This document shows positions 27,201-42,080 of a stretch of DNA of 64,000 bases, piece by piece; positions within the stretch are counted from its first letter, which is position 1; every line of letters starts with the position of its first letter. This stretch comes from Eledone cirrhosa. Lineage: Eukaryota. The notes under the pieces are model-generated. The model saw only the letters and a program-made list of their open reading frames with translations, was not told the DNA's origin and made no database searches. The stretch spans positions 73,222,001 through 73,286,000 of the forward strand of contig OZ024743.1 in NCBI GenBank assembly GCA_964016885.1, in the 5' to 3' direction. Both the position numbers and the translations under genes were made by a program.

Positions 27201-29100
27201 GACAGTCACTCGATCTTTGAGAAATAACCACCAAATATCCCACTAATCGTTTCCTATCCACTTACAAAATTGAAAGACACATTCACAGGATATTATAGTT
27301 CAAGTTAATCTAAATCTGAATAGAAATAAAAAGATAATATAGTGAGAGGGCACCTGGGGCTAAACAACAATTTCAGCGAAGGTATCAATAATTTTCTTTT
27401 ACTCCTATCTCACTCACTTTCTCATTTACCGAATAACACGCTCCGAGTGGTTAATCACTTCAAACTAAAGATTTCTAAGTGATTAATCAATCTTAGGAAT
27501 TAAGTTCAAATACCAGAAACAGCAGCAGTAGTAGCAATAGTAGTGGTGGTGGTTGTGGTAGTAGTGGTGGTGGTGGTGGCGGTGGTGGTTGTGGTGGTTT
27601 TGGTATTGGTGGTATTGTAATGTTGATGGTATTGAAGTGGTGGCGTTGGTGGTGGTATAGTAGTAGTAATAGTAGTGATTTGCTCCCTGGATATTATATG
27701 TTTGTTTCTTTCTTCATCATTTTTCTCTCTCTTAGTCGAAGGCTGAAGGGCTGTAACCAACACTCTTTTCTGGGTATCAGAGACCTCTGAGAGGAGATCA
27801 GGAAGTTACTTATATATTGGGGATTATACCCGGATGCTTGCAATGTGTTGGACTTTGGAACATGTTGCGGGTGTTAAACTGAGTGACTCATTAAATCTAC
27901 CACCCAACAACAGCAGTTATCCTTCCAACAGGCTTTGCGCAGTCTTCGATTACCAAATATCGCTCACAAGACTTTCATTGAACCAAAAACATGATAGCAG
28001 AAACTATCCTACCGCTCAGTGATATCGAAGCCGAATATATCTTGTTGTTATGGGAACGTCTTAACGGTTGAACTACTTCCTAGATTTTAACAGATCCGCG
28101 TCCTTCAAAACTTGTATCTACATTCAAAACCAATTAATTGCCGTGTTTGTTGCTCTATTGTATGTCCCTTCGATAAGACGTCCCCGGTTTTACAAGGATA
28201 TTTTGAGAAAAAAAAGAATTTTAGTACATTTCTTCAAAAATAATTTCGCTATGTTATCTAAAAACCTTTATATAAATTCGACATTATTTTGCTTATATAA
28301 ATTGTATTGTATAACTGTATTGGTAATACTAATAGTAATATAAATGTTTTTTATCAAAGATTGTCTTCACCCTCGGCTTCCCATCGGTGATAAATTGTAT
28401 TGTATTAATGTATTAGTAATACTAATAGTAATACAAGCTAAACCGTTTTTAACCATGAGAATCTATTTTTTCGGACATTGTGTATCTAGGACAATATTTT
28501 CCAGCTGGTAGCTATTATTTTTAGCATGTGGAGCGATTAGGTAGGTGCTCATTAATTGTCTTATTGAGGCAATATTTTTTTAAAAAACCACCAACTCTTC
28601 ATCTCAAAATCCATGTGAAAAGCACGAATGTCTCAGAATTTCTAATATATATGATACTTTCCAAAAATTGTGAAATGCTTCAGAAAACATCCACATGGTT
28701 TGCTACCCTAATCTGCGCAGGCGCATTGTATGTGAATCTGTGAGCTTATGTGTGTGTTATATCTGTTTGTTCTTTTAGAATTTTCGCCATACTTAAATGC
28801 TTAATGTCTGATTTGTGGGTAGTGGTGGTAGTGGTGGGGTTCAATGTCAGCTTGAATTAATTTACACTTCCATTCTTCTCATTCTTTTATTGATTCTCTC
28901 TCTCTTTCTCTCTCTCTTCCTCTCTCTCTCCCTCTATCTCTATATATCTATATATCTATCTATCACTTTTTTTCTCTCTCTGTTTCCCTCTCTATCTCTC
29001 ACTCTTACTCTCTTTTTCTATATCTCCCCCCTCTCACTATCCCTGACTCTTACTCGCTTTTTCTCTCTCTATCTCTCACTCTCTCTCTCTTTAGTTCTCT

Positions 29101-29199
<99 letters not shown>

Positions 29200-29292
29200 C
29201 TGAGTATCTCTCTCTTTTTTTTCCTCTCTCTGTTTCCCTCTCTATTTCTCACTCTTTCTCTCTCTCTCGCTCTCATCTCTCTCTCTCTCTCC

Positions 29293-29416
<124 letters not shown>

Positions 29417-30169
29417 ATCCCTCTATCTTTACATATGTTCCTCTATTTGTCCCATTTGCCTTTCTTTCCTGTTTAATTCTTTGTTCCATAAAGTCTGTAT
29501 ATATTTCTTTTCTATTACTTCTTTTTTTCTTTTCTATTACTTCTTTTTTCTTTACTTTTACTTCCTCCATCCCACAGTTCATTCTCTAACTTTCCGTTAA
29601 GCTAATTCCTTCTCAATTCATTACAATATCCTTTCATGACTCCCCTAGTCTCTCCCTCCTTCTCACTCCCTCTAATCTATTTATCTCATCCTATATCCTT
29701 CCTCATTTCTCAACTCTTCACTCTTTATTTTCAATCAGATTTTTCCTCCATTTTCTACTTTATTTAATTTTTTGTCATTTGTTCCTTCACGTTTGATTCT
29801 TTTCACTAGTTTCTCAACAATTTTTAATGCTTCGTCTTCCTAAATCCTTCTCCATTCAGTGTTTTTCCTCATTGTTTTACTTTTAATTCCTTCTTCTCAT
29901 TTATAATTTACATTTATTTTCCTCATTCCCTCCTTCATTGCTGTTCATTCTATGGATTTCTTTCAAAACATTCTCTTCTTTGGAACCGAAATTTCTCATC
30001 GTATCGTTTTACGATCTTCATTACCTTCCATATCCTTCTATCTGTCTCTCTTTCTCGATAGCTTTCGAACTATTAGTCACAATATATCCCTCTTTCCATC
30101 TATCATTTACCTCTACATATTTGCTATTTTTGTTTTTCACTTACACCTTCTCTCTGCAAATCTATACCT

Positions 30170-30247
<78 letters not shown>

Positions 30248-30364
30248 TCCGGAGTAACCAAACCAACCTGCGCACTTCGTCGAGTGATCCAGGCTGCATA
30301 CTGAGGTGTTGGTATACAACCAACATAAACTCAATATATATATATATATATATACATGCATATG

Positions 30365-30467
<103 letters not shown>

Positions 30468-30492
30468 ATATATATGTATCTATATCTATCTA

Positions 30493-30531
<39 letters not shown>

Positions 30532-30544
30532 CTACATGCATATG

Positions 30545-30610
<66 letters not shown>

Positions 30611-30618
<8 letters not shown>

Positions 30619-31248
30619 GAGAAGAAAGAATACTGCGTGGTTGCACATGGGTTACATATGATAAAAATAGTCCTTCGTCAGTGATTTTCCAACCATCATT
30701 GATATTTCATCGCATTAAAAATCATATACCTCAGGTTGGTGCGAGCAATAGCTAAATAAAGCTATTGGGACAAGTAAAGCGAGTGAAACAAGTAAACAAC
30801 ATAGAAGGATGAAAGCAACTCAAAGATAGGAATAAACAAGCAACATGGTTATCCGGTGAGCATAATCTGGGTGGATTTCATGAGCGATCGTGATACAGAC
30901 CGTCCGACGTGAGTGAGATGTGAGCAAGAAGAGAACACACTACAAGCCAAACGGGAGGAATTGAGAAGGGGAGAAACAGAGAGTGAGTGAGTGGAAGTGC
31001 GAGGAAGATGTCAGTCGAGAGAAAGTGTAACTGACAGCGGGGGCGAAAGAAGGTGAGAGCAACAGAGAGAACGGGAAGCAGTAAGAGAGAAACAGACAAA
31101 CGCAGCTGAGGTAAATATATATAAAAAACATGGGAAGAAAGAAGAATACTGCGTGGTTGCACATGGGTTACATATGATAAAAATAGTCCTTCGTCAGTGA
31201 TTTTCCAACTATCATTGATATTTCATCGCATTAAAAATCATATACCTC
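30611..31248 (-). mobile_element. Family C element, head-to-tail repeat of ~513 nt, in (TA)n
   Basis: aaaacatg..aatactgcgtggttgcac at 30612 and again at 31125. Other copies at 33611-33720 (opposite strand) and 61207-61630. Sense strand inferred from the end abutting (TA)n. Confidence 0.75.
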
Positions 31249-33285
31249 GCGGAGAACAATTGCACGCAAAGAAAAAACCACGTAAATAGTATAGCTGAAG
31301 TCGTAGACTAAAATTCTAACTAGGAAACCAAATGAATCTCCGCTTCAGAGTTAAGAATAAAGTAAATAAAATACAATACAGAGGTAATAAAAATTAAATA
31401 AATACATACACGCATGCAAATACGTACATACACAAGCATACGCGAAAACACTTGCCATTGGTATACAAAACCACGCACATATAAATATGTGTGTGTGCGC
31501 GTTTATACAAATAAATAAATAATTAAATAAAAGTATATAAATAAATAAGTACGTATATAACAAGCGCACATACATACCTACATGTAAATACACAAATGTT
31601 CGGAGACGTAAGTCAACCAAAACATGAAGTACACATATACACACACCCAATATACGTACGAACCTGCATACTCACACAGACGCACAATTCCCGTATACAC
31701 ATAACCAAACCATATGTACCAGAAAATATAAAAAATTATACGCCATAACATATACAATCAAATATACGTACGAGAAAGTATACGTACGTTCACAAAACAT
31801 ACAGTAATATATACTTACCTATGAAAATAAGTAATGGTATAAACAAAACATATACTTAGCTACCACATCAAGACGTAAAATATCCGCGTATACTTCGTAC
31901 TATCTGTTAGGGTATAACGTGGGGCTGTAATACAAGAAAGGTTTGTGCAATATATGTTTACAAGCCGAAATTGCCTCAGATTTTTTGTTAACGATGTGGT
32001 CTGTGGCGTTGAGTATTTCCAGGGCCTCAGCGGTGCAGAGGTCACATGGTCTTTTATTTCCGTTATACGATGTAGCCCTAGCTAGGATCTCCCAGTGTAA
32101 TTTATATTGGGTGTGTGTTGTAAACATATATTGCACAAAACTTTCCTGTATTTCAGCCCCACGTTATACCCTAACGGATAGTACGATCTATACGTGGATA
32201 TTTTACGTCTTGATGTGGTAGCTAAGTATACGTTTTGTTTATACCATTACTTATTTTCATAGGTAAGTATATATTACTGTATGTTTTGTGAACGTACGTA
32301 TACTTTCTCGTACGTATATTTGATTGTATATGTTATGGCGTATAATTATTTATATATTCTGGTACATATGGTTTGGTTATGTGTATACGGGAGTTTTGCG
32401 TCAGTGTGAGTATGCAGGTTCGTACGTATGTTGGGTGTGTGTATATGTGTACTTCATGTTTTGGTTGACTTACGTCTCCGAACATTTGTGTATTTACGTG
32501 TAGGTATGTGTGTGCGCTTGTTATATACGTACTTATTTATTTATATACGTTTATTTAAATATTTATTTATTTATATACACGCACGCACACACACACACAT
32601 ATTTATATGTGCGTGGTTTTGTATACCAATGGCGAGTGTTTTCGCGTATGCTCGTGTATGTACGTATTTGCATGCGTGTATGTATTTATTTATTTTCTAT
32701 TACCTCTGTATTGTATTTTATTTACTTTATTCTTAACTCTGAAACGGAGATTCATTTGGTTTCCTAGTTACAATTTTAGTCTACGACTTCAGCTATACCA
32801 TTTACATGGTTTTGTCTTTGCGCGCAATTGTTCTCCACGCTCCACATACAACGTATTATCTTCGTTTTTTTCGTTCATTGCCAGAGAACGTCTCTATGAA
32901 CCACCTAAGAGAACATTAGTCTACGACTTCTTTTATACCATAAACGTGGTTCTGTCTTTGCGCGTAATTGTTTTCACCGCTCCTATTAATGACGTATTAT
33001 ATTCGTTTTTCCCGTTCTTTGCCAGGGAACGTTTCCACGAACCAAAGTATCGTCTTCCTGTGTTCCTCCGGTTGCAACGTTTTTTGAAATATCCACTTCT
33101 GCGTTTACAGATTGACTTTGTTAGTTTCAGAAGATCCCGTTAAGGGTGAAAGCAGCGATTCTTTGCTTAAACTTTAATCTGTTATTTTAATAAATATTAG
33201 CTCTAAGTTTCTTATATATTTGATATATACTTATCCTTATCGAGCCCTCTTTGGATTTTAGTCTTCAAATTTATTATTATTACTA
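31249..33285. mobile_element. Family A PLE as a ~715-bp inverted repeat with GIY-YIG C-terminal remnant
   Basis: Left arm 31249-31962 (- sense), spacer 31963-32117 encoding HTQYKLHWEILARA..CDLC..NKKSE, right arm from 32118 (+ sense) running to the tail at 33285. Confidence 0.9.
33123..33173 (+). ncRNA. Atypical hammerhead in family A pLTR (core CAGAAGA)
   Basis: AGTTT-CAGAAGA-TCCC GTTAA GGGT-GAAA-GCAG CGATTCT TTGC-TT-AAACT. Same fold at 14002-14052 (+, GGAA) and 11396-11446 (-, GAGA). Confidence 0.7.
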
Positions 33286-33294
33286 TATATATAT

Positions 33295-33442
<148 letters not shown>

Positions 33443-33551
33443 GTGTGTGTGTGTGTTTTATATCGTAAAATACTCCAAAACCTGTTGAGTGCTTTTATAT
33501 CAGTTATAAAATATTTACTCGTTGTAACCCAACAATTTTAAATAAAACTTT

Positions 33552-33613
<62 letters not shown>

Positions 33614-33711
33614 GCGATGAAATACCAATGATGGTTGGCAAATCACTGATGAGGTACTAATTTTATAATATGTAACCCATGTGCAACCACGCAGTAATCC
33701 TCTTCCTTCTC

Positions 33712-33750
<39 letters not shown>

Positions 33751-33792
33751 CTTCAAAATATTAATATATATAGATATTCATGTGATCAAATA

Positions 33793-33858
33793 TATTTTAT
33801 TATACATATTTCAGAGGTACTGAGCTATTTCATCAGTACGTCTTCATCAGATAAAATA
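33793..33858 (-). ncRNA. Type I hammerhead ribozyme, intact core (element about 33750-33885)
   Basis: Minus strand TATTTTAT-CTGATGA-AGACGTACTGA TGAAATAGC TCAGTACCTCT-GAAA-TATGTA-TA-ATAAAATA. Degenerate relative at about 22880-22932 (-). Confidence 0.9.
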
Positions 33859-34184
33859 AATCGATGTCTGACATACCTCAACTGTGTGTGTGAATGTGGG
33901 TGTGTGTGTGTGTGAGTATATTTGTGTGTATAAAACATGTACGCTTATAAGAATATGCATAAGAACATGCATGAATGCCTGCACACGCACACACACATGC
34001 ACACACTCATGCACACACACACACACAAACAAACACACGCATCAGGCACACACTCATGCACATACGCACGCACACACAAACAAACACACACAAACATACT
34101 CTCAAATTCATTCTAATTGTACTAAAACTACACAAACAATATATGTGGAAACAAACACATATATTTCACATACACAAGCAAACA

Positions 34185-35420
34185 CACGGTCACACGCACA
34201 CCGACATACACAGACACACACGGACACACGCACACCAACAGACACAGACACACACGGACACACACGGACACACACGGACACACGCACACCGACATACACA
34301 CACGGACACACACGGACACACACGGACACACGCACACCGACATACACGGACACACGCACACCAACAGACACAGACACACACGGACACACACGGACACACG
34401 CACACCGACATACACGGACACACGCACACCAACAGACACAGACACACACAGACACACACGGACACACACGGACACACGCACACCGACATACACAGACACA
34501 CACGGACACACGCACACCGACATACACACACGGACACACGCGGACACACGCACACCGACATACACGGACACACGCACACCAACAGACACAGACACACACG
34601 GACATACACGGACACACGCACACCAACATACACAGACACACACGGACACACACGGACACACACGGACACACGCACACCGACATACACGGACACACGCACA
34701 CCAACAGACACAGACACACACAGACACACACGGACACACACGGACACACGCACACCGACATACACGGACACACGCACACCAACAGACACAGACACACACG
34801 GACACACACGGACACACGCACACCAACATACACAGACACACACGGACACACACGGACACACACGGACACACGCACACCGACATACACGGACACACGCACA
34901 CCAACAGACACAGACACACACAGACACACACGGACACACACGGACACACACGGACACACACGGACACCGACACACACGGACACACGCACACCAACATACA
35001 CAGACACACACGGACACACACGGACACACACGGACACACGCACACCGACATACACGGACACACGCACACCAACAGACACAGACACACACGGACACAGGCA
35101 CACAGACACACACGGACACACGCACACCGACATACACGGACATACGCACACCAACATACACAGACACACACAGACACACACGGACACACACGGACACACG
35201 CACACCAACATACACAGACACACACGGACACACGCACACCGACATACACAGACACACACGGACACACGAACACACACAGACACACACGGACACACGCACA
35301 CCAACATACCCAGACACACACGGACACACGCACACGAACATACACAGACACACACGGACACACGCACACCAACATGCACAGACACACACGGACACAGGCA
35401 CACGGACACACGCACACACG
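34185..35420. repeat. Complex CA-rich minisatellite (cacacacgga / cgcacaccgacata / ccaacagacacaga modules)
   Basis: Modular 10-30 bp units in variable order. Source of the long spurious ORFs. Confidence 0.92.
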
Positions 35421-35673
35421 CACACGCTCACACACACACACACACGCTCTCACACACATATGTAATTCAATTCTCCAAGATGCACAATCTAAGCTTGTTT
35501 CTGTTTCACTCTGTTTCTCTCTCACACCCCTTCTACCTCTCTCTCCTCTCACCTCTCTCCCTGCCACTCCTTCACTCGCTCTCTCTTTCTCTCCCTCTCT
35601 TTCTCTTTCTCTCTCTTTCTCATTCTCAAACCCTCTCTCTATTTCTCTCATGTTCTCCCTTTTCCGTTTCCCC

Positions 35674-35705
<32 letters not shown>

Positions 35706-38700
35706 CCTATTCTTTCTATCCTTCTATCTATATAACCATCTGTCTCTGCTGTTAACCTGCAAACCCTAGTACTATGTCTAATATATTCTCTCACTTGTTG
35801 AGAACACATGCAGAAAATAACGTGCTGTCCACGTCACCATGCGGCCATTTAATAGTCGCCATTGCAGCTGCTGCTGCTGCTTCTGCTATGCTGTTGTTGT
35901 TGTTGTTGTTATTATTATACCTATGTTAAGGGAGGTGGATTGGCAGTATCGGTAGAGGGTCGGCAACATGATTCTCAGCATAGAGTTACGTCCCTTTAAG
36001 TTCTGAGTTCAAATCTTGCCGAGGTTAGCATTGCTTTTCATCCTTACGGGGTCGATAAAGTAAAGCAGCAGTAAATCGGAGAAGTAGTGATTCTACCTGG
36101 ACTGACTCTCTGATCTCCAGGCTACACACTCTTCCAAGTAACGTTATTCTAAAATCCTTTCTTCCTTTATTTAATAATAATCCTTTCTTTATACAAATAA
36201 TATTAGAATCATTATTGAAAAACTGTGATCTGTAGAATCGATAGAGAGACGGATTAAATGTCTTTAGTCATGTTCTTTTTTAGTTCTGAGTTCACATTCT
36301 TTTCTTTTAGTCCCGTAACTCCCGATGGAGTTGTAGAGGTTCCCTATTGACATATAACGTTTCTAGAGCATTTAAAATCTTGCTTGTGTCCATAATCTCT
36401 CCAGGATTTAATACAGCAGATTTCTTCCAGAGAAGGATAGAGAGGTGAGGGAATGGAAGTCGACCCAGTACTAGACTGGTGCTTATTTTTACCGACCTTA
36501 AATGAATGAAAGGCAAAGTTGATCTCGGCGTGATTTGAACTCAGAGAGCAAAGAGCTGAAACGAATACCTCAAAGCATTCTATCCAACGTTCTAACGATT
36601 CTGCCAATTCGCCACCTTAGTGTAAAATTAATCAATTAATCCGACTTCTATAATTTGCGGTCCTGTGACAATATTAGAAAGTATTATGATTATATTTATT
36701 TTTATTATTATCACAGAATCGTTAGAGCACCAAAAACGTCGGCTTGTGACTTCAAACTATCGTTGTTAATATAGCTATTGGTAAAATATTTGTTTCTACT
36801 TTAGGCACAAGGCCAGCAATTACCCAGTTCATTACTGGTACTTTATTTTATCGATCCCGTAAGGATGAAAGGCAAAGTCAACCTCGGCGGGATTTGAACT
36901 CAGATCGTAAAGGGACGTAACTATGCTTGAAAGCATGGCGTCCGACCCTCTACCGATACTGCCATTGGTAAAATATTGAGGGTGGATTACATCAACTACA
37001 TCCTTTCCTCTTGATATAAGACTATGAACCAAAGTTAGATATTATTGGTCCCCTAAAAATCTTGACATTAATAATGTTACTGATGTCAGGCTAGTTCAGA
37101 GCAGAATCGATAAAATTCTGGATGAAATAGTTTGCGGTATTTAGTCCCTTTTAATTCTTATTTGAACCACCGCCAATAACGTTGTTGTTTTTATCCTTCC
37201 TAGGTCAATAGTCATGAACAAGGACAGATTAAATTGAATGTATTTCCTCTGTAAGTGTATTCTATGTCGCTATAAGTAACTATACTGAAATCGAGTATTC
37301 TAGACACCTCGCCTTTACCAGGTGAAACATCTCTTAAATTACAAGCACTTTTCTTTAAAACGGACAGGGCATTAAATAGCATAATCATTCAGTTTGAAGA
37401 TTCCTTGAAATCTTTCAAATGAATAATTAAATTCGCTCTAATCCTATTCAAATTGGATTTGTTTCCATTCTCCACATTTTAAATATATTTATTTGCATGT
37501 TAATGGCCGTGCCTGAATAATTTTGTCTCTCTCTCTAATTCCAAGAAAATATTTCTACAAATCATTAAACACTTTAACTGGCACGTTAGCTTTCTGACTG
37601 TATTGCTTTCACACTTGATGCTTCTATATCAATTGTTATAGCAAACATGATTGGTCAGTCATTGGTCAATTGTGGTCAGTTTCGATGATTAGAATCTCAT
37701 AGTGTTCAAACAAGCGTCTGGTAATAAAATGAACGTCTAACTCGTTGAGCATTCCATAGACACGTGTACTCTTACATAGTTTGGAGGAAGACGCAGTGTC
37801 TGATACGGCTGACTTTTGATTTCGGATACAGTCCAGTCAATTGGCTTAAAAATAGTTTCCCTCTACACATTTTTACTCAGAAAGCATGGGTCGACTTGCG
37901 GCTATAGTAAATATAACCGGTCAAAAATACGACTCAGTGAGATCGAACGCGAGACCTAATGATTACAAAGCAAGCAAACTTCTTAACCATTCAGACTTGC
38001 AGCGTCTACAACTCGGATGAATATTTCATTTACATCTTCCATTTTCGTTCTAGCATTGACATCATGTTTTTAGTTTAATCAGCTTTGCAGGGATTTTCAA
38101 CTCCCTCCTTTATTCTAATATATTATGTCGTATCAATTTCATGTATTCCTTAGTATTTCTATGAGTAATTCTGAGATACTGTTTCCACTAACTTTGGTAA
38201 GTTGATTCCATGGTATAACCTAAGGGATTGAGTTTAGCATTTCAATAGGCTTACATGACTTCTTGATATTTTGCTTCGGTTCGTTTCTGTCTATATCAGG
38301 TAATATTCTTAAGTTGGTGTGTCATAGGGAGAAGCTAATCCTGACATTTCAGGCTAAGCCCTTTATCTAAGATATAGAATTATTTTAGAGATACATATCG
38401 GAGAGTACACTGATATTTGACATGTATGTGCTTTTTCTGACAAGATGGATAACCTTGAAAATGAATCTGGCAAAAATACAATTGTTATATCACTAGTCAT
38501 ACACTTAAAGACAACATAGAAATATGAACAGAGTAATATACTTGCAACAGTAGAACATAACTCAAGGGCGGTGGATTTGCATTATCAGTACACCGTCGGA
38601 TAATATGTTTTGCAGCGCAGAGTTACGGTCCTTTACGTTCTGAGTTCAAATTCTGCTCAAGTTAGCTTTGGCTTTCATCCTTACGTGGACGATGAAATAA

Positions 38701-38771
38701 AGCACCAGTGATGTACTGGGATCGATTTAATCATCTCTTCAAATTGCTGATCTCTTGCCAAATGTAGAAAC

Positions 38772-39015
38772 GTGAGGTGGGGTGGCTCTTACAGCGGGCG
38801 TCACTGGCCGTTGTGCGCGGAAATATTTTTTTCTGTCCTGTCGGCGGGACACTGTTCCAGCATAGCCGCACTCCTGGCACGGATCCCATCACCATCTCCC
38901 TTCCCCCCTTTCTTCAGTGACACAAGAGTCCTTGCTTTCCCCTCATTTTCCTCTCACTTATGGCATTTAAGTTACTTTCCTCTACTGTCCCATACAGCCA
39001 GATCTGCCCTTCCTT
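38772..39015 (+). mobile_element. CRE-like non-LTR retrotransposon 3' end
   Basis: EVGWLLQRASLAVVRGNIFSVL resembles the QRxSxAxxRGN C-terminal motif of CRE-type RLE elements. Pyrimidine-rich 3' UTR. Confidence 0.6.
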
Positions 39016-40496
39016 AACCCTTACAGAAAAGTATATTATTGTATTTGTCACTTGCTTCTTTCGAACGCGTTTTTATACTGTTCTGTAATTTCTTTGTTTC
39101 ATTTGGTTATAATCCCCTAAGCCAAAATATATGAAAGTAGAATCGTCATTCATAAACGCTAAACTTCATGTAAAGTTCATAACTTTTGATTGGTGGGAAA
39201 TAGATCCTGATTTTCGATGTCAAGTTCTGAGAAAGATAATTACTTTACTACTCTATTACATAGAATAAAAGCTTATATTTACATGTGTGTGTAGGCTGTT
39301 TCTAACAGGATGGTTAATTTTGAAAGTGTATCTGATGAAGAAAAAACCGGATACAATTTGGTTTATCAGCAATTCCTGTTCACTCTAATAATGAGACCAC
39401 ATGGCAGATAAAACTATAACTAATGGGTTTCTTCTAATAAAAATATTAAATTAACCAGAAATAAAATTGCACTCGACTCAACTTGTTCAACATTTACATT
39501 TCTGCAATTAACAGAAATAAATTAACTAAATATTACTAACTATTATACTAACGACATTGAAACATAGAATACTTGTTTTACGAAACAAATTTGTTTAGAT
39601 TTATTTCAATTTTTGTCAATTAGAAAATTAAATATTTAGATGAATTCGTGGGTTTTATATCGAATAATAATAATTTTCGATTTATTTATACTTTAGAAAA
39701 TACTAAATATTCTCAAGAGTTCTATTGTGTGACAGAGAAGAGAGATACACAGTCTTGACAAAGAGCAATAACCTTGAAACAATATTATTTTCGATTGATT
39801 CTCCCTGTCACCGCTAGAACAAAAGAATGACAGTAGTCGTCTAAAACACAGCGTTTTCGATATAATATCTGCTATATTAGAGCGAAATTAATTTTGATTT
39901 TAAATATTTAGACATAAAATTTAAAGGTATTGATGTTTTCAATTGTGCATGTAGCAAAAGATTCATTGTACATGTTACTTAATACCACATGTTATTTACA
40001 GGTAAGTAAATCTTTGTAAGTGATTGATTAAATTTATGGTTGATAGATTTCTAATGGAAATGGAGATTATTATCTCGGTTTTCTACCCCTCCTTTTTCTT
40101 CCTGTTTATTTTCTTCATCTGAGTTGGTTGTTTCAATTCGAATAATTGTCCCCACCCCAGCCTATTACTTTTTCAGATTTTTTCCACCCCACCCTCACCC
40201 CCATCCTGCTTATTAAAGTTTGCTAATATCTCTACGGCGAAATTTATTTTAAATATGAACATTCCTGCAACAATTAATTTTCTTTAGACATCAAAACACA
40301 TTAAACATGACAAAAAAAGTACATTAATAGAAATCTCATATGTTATAAAATAACTAGGATGGGTTGGGGTCTCAATATGTAAACTAAACGACTATTTCGG
40401 TTTTTTCTTTTTTTAAATCAACGGAGAGAACCTAGAAAAATTATCGATTTTCCAACCAAATCGTTTCCTGCTCACCACCTGATATTCATAGAGAAT

Positions 40497-40530
<34 letters not shown>

Positions 40531-41478
40531 GGAAAAAATGAAACAAAATTTCCTTTGTCACTCACAGTACGGTAGTACGGCTGTTACTTAAATTATTATA
40601 AATGCTCGGTAAATCCATACGTACATATATATATATGTGTGCATATGTGTATATTTATACATACTACTGTACGTCTGTATACATATATGTATGTACGTGT
40701 ACATATATATATATATATATAGTATAGCTTAATTGCTATAAGTTACTGTTTTGTCTCTCGTCTCTAAATCCACTGGACAGCGGTTTCGCTTGTGTCAGAT
40801 GGCCCCAGGTAGACCATCAATACTGTTTATGTATATATACATATTTTACAGAGCCACAAGCAAATACGTATATAAAAATATTCAAACAACGTAAAATCAA
40901 TACTTACATAAATAAGTCTATATATAGACAGCTAAGTACACAAATTATGCGAACCTAAACACTGTAAGATATATAGAAATGAAAAAAAAACATATTTATA
41001 TCTATCCAATAAAAACATATTTATATCTCTATAATCTTAACAAGCGAAACCGTTTACATGTAACTAAAGTGTAACATTGTCAGCAAAAATATAATACTAC
41101 TACTCATAGATTTTAATGGTAGATGTAAGCATCGGGATGGAATAGATCTAGTCCTGTTTAATCCATTTCTATAATAAATGTGCAATACAGGATTTGAAAC
41201 ATAACAGACTGACCTCCGTCGGTTTAGACGATGTGTGAGGCAGTTGTCTGGTTAACGGAACTTCCTGCGAATGACTGAGCATTCCAAATTTATATGCATC
41301 CTTAACGTAATTCTAAGGGTGATTCTGCCTAAAACAGTGTGGGACAAGGCTAGCCTTTAGAATTATACGTAGTCCCTGCGATTGGCTTCCAAGCTGTTTC
41401 TGTTCACCCAATTTCTTTCACACGTCATATATTGACTCAAATCTATAATAAATGACAGGTAGAAATACATGTTATATC

Positions 41479-41536
<58 letters not shown>

Positions 41537-41727
41537 TGTGTGTGTGTGTGTGTGAGTGTGTGTGTGTATGTGTATGTGTGTGTGTGTGTGATAAAAGTGA
41601 TAAAGGTTATATCCGTAATAAGTAGAGCACTCAGCCCGTAGAATGGGTTTGGTATAAAGTTAGTTGTGCATGCATACACACACACTAACACTCACAGACA
41701 AATAGACAGACACACACACACACACAC

Positions 41728-41762
<35 letters not shown>

Positions 41763-42080
41763 ATTAAAAAAGGATAAAGATCCCATAACCCCTTAAGGAG
41801 TCGTAGAGGCACCATCATACGGTGGGTCTAGGGCCCCTTTAAACCGGGCGGAGCCCAACCCTCTCCAGGTCTGAATGAGTTTTTCTATAGAGACAGAGTT
41901 GACCCCAGTACTGGACTACTACTTTTTTTTATCGACCTCGAAAGGATGAAAGGCAAAATTTACCATGGCGGGATTGGAACTCAGAGAGCAGAGAGCCGGT
42001 ACGATACCAAAATGCATTCTATCCAACGTCTTAACTACTCTGCCAATTTGCCGTTTGAAATAAAAAAAAATATATATATA

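Noticed and set aside
33884-35755. Long ORFs of 417-623 aa (also 61833-62879 and all YI/HT/CV-rich ORFs)
   Set aside because: Translations of stop-free CA/TA microsatellites, open in many frames and on both strands.
39318-39345. CTGATGA..GAAA hammerhead candidate
   Set aside because: No stem II/III or NUH site. Only a simple hairpin.
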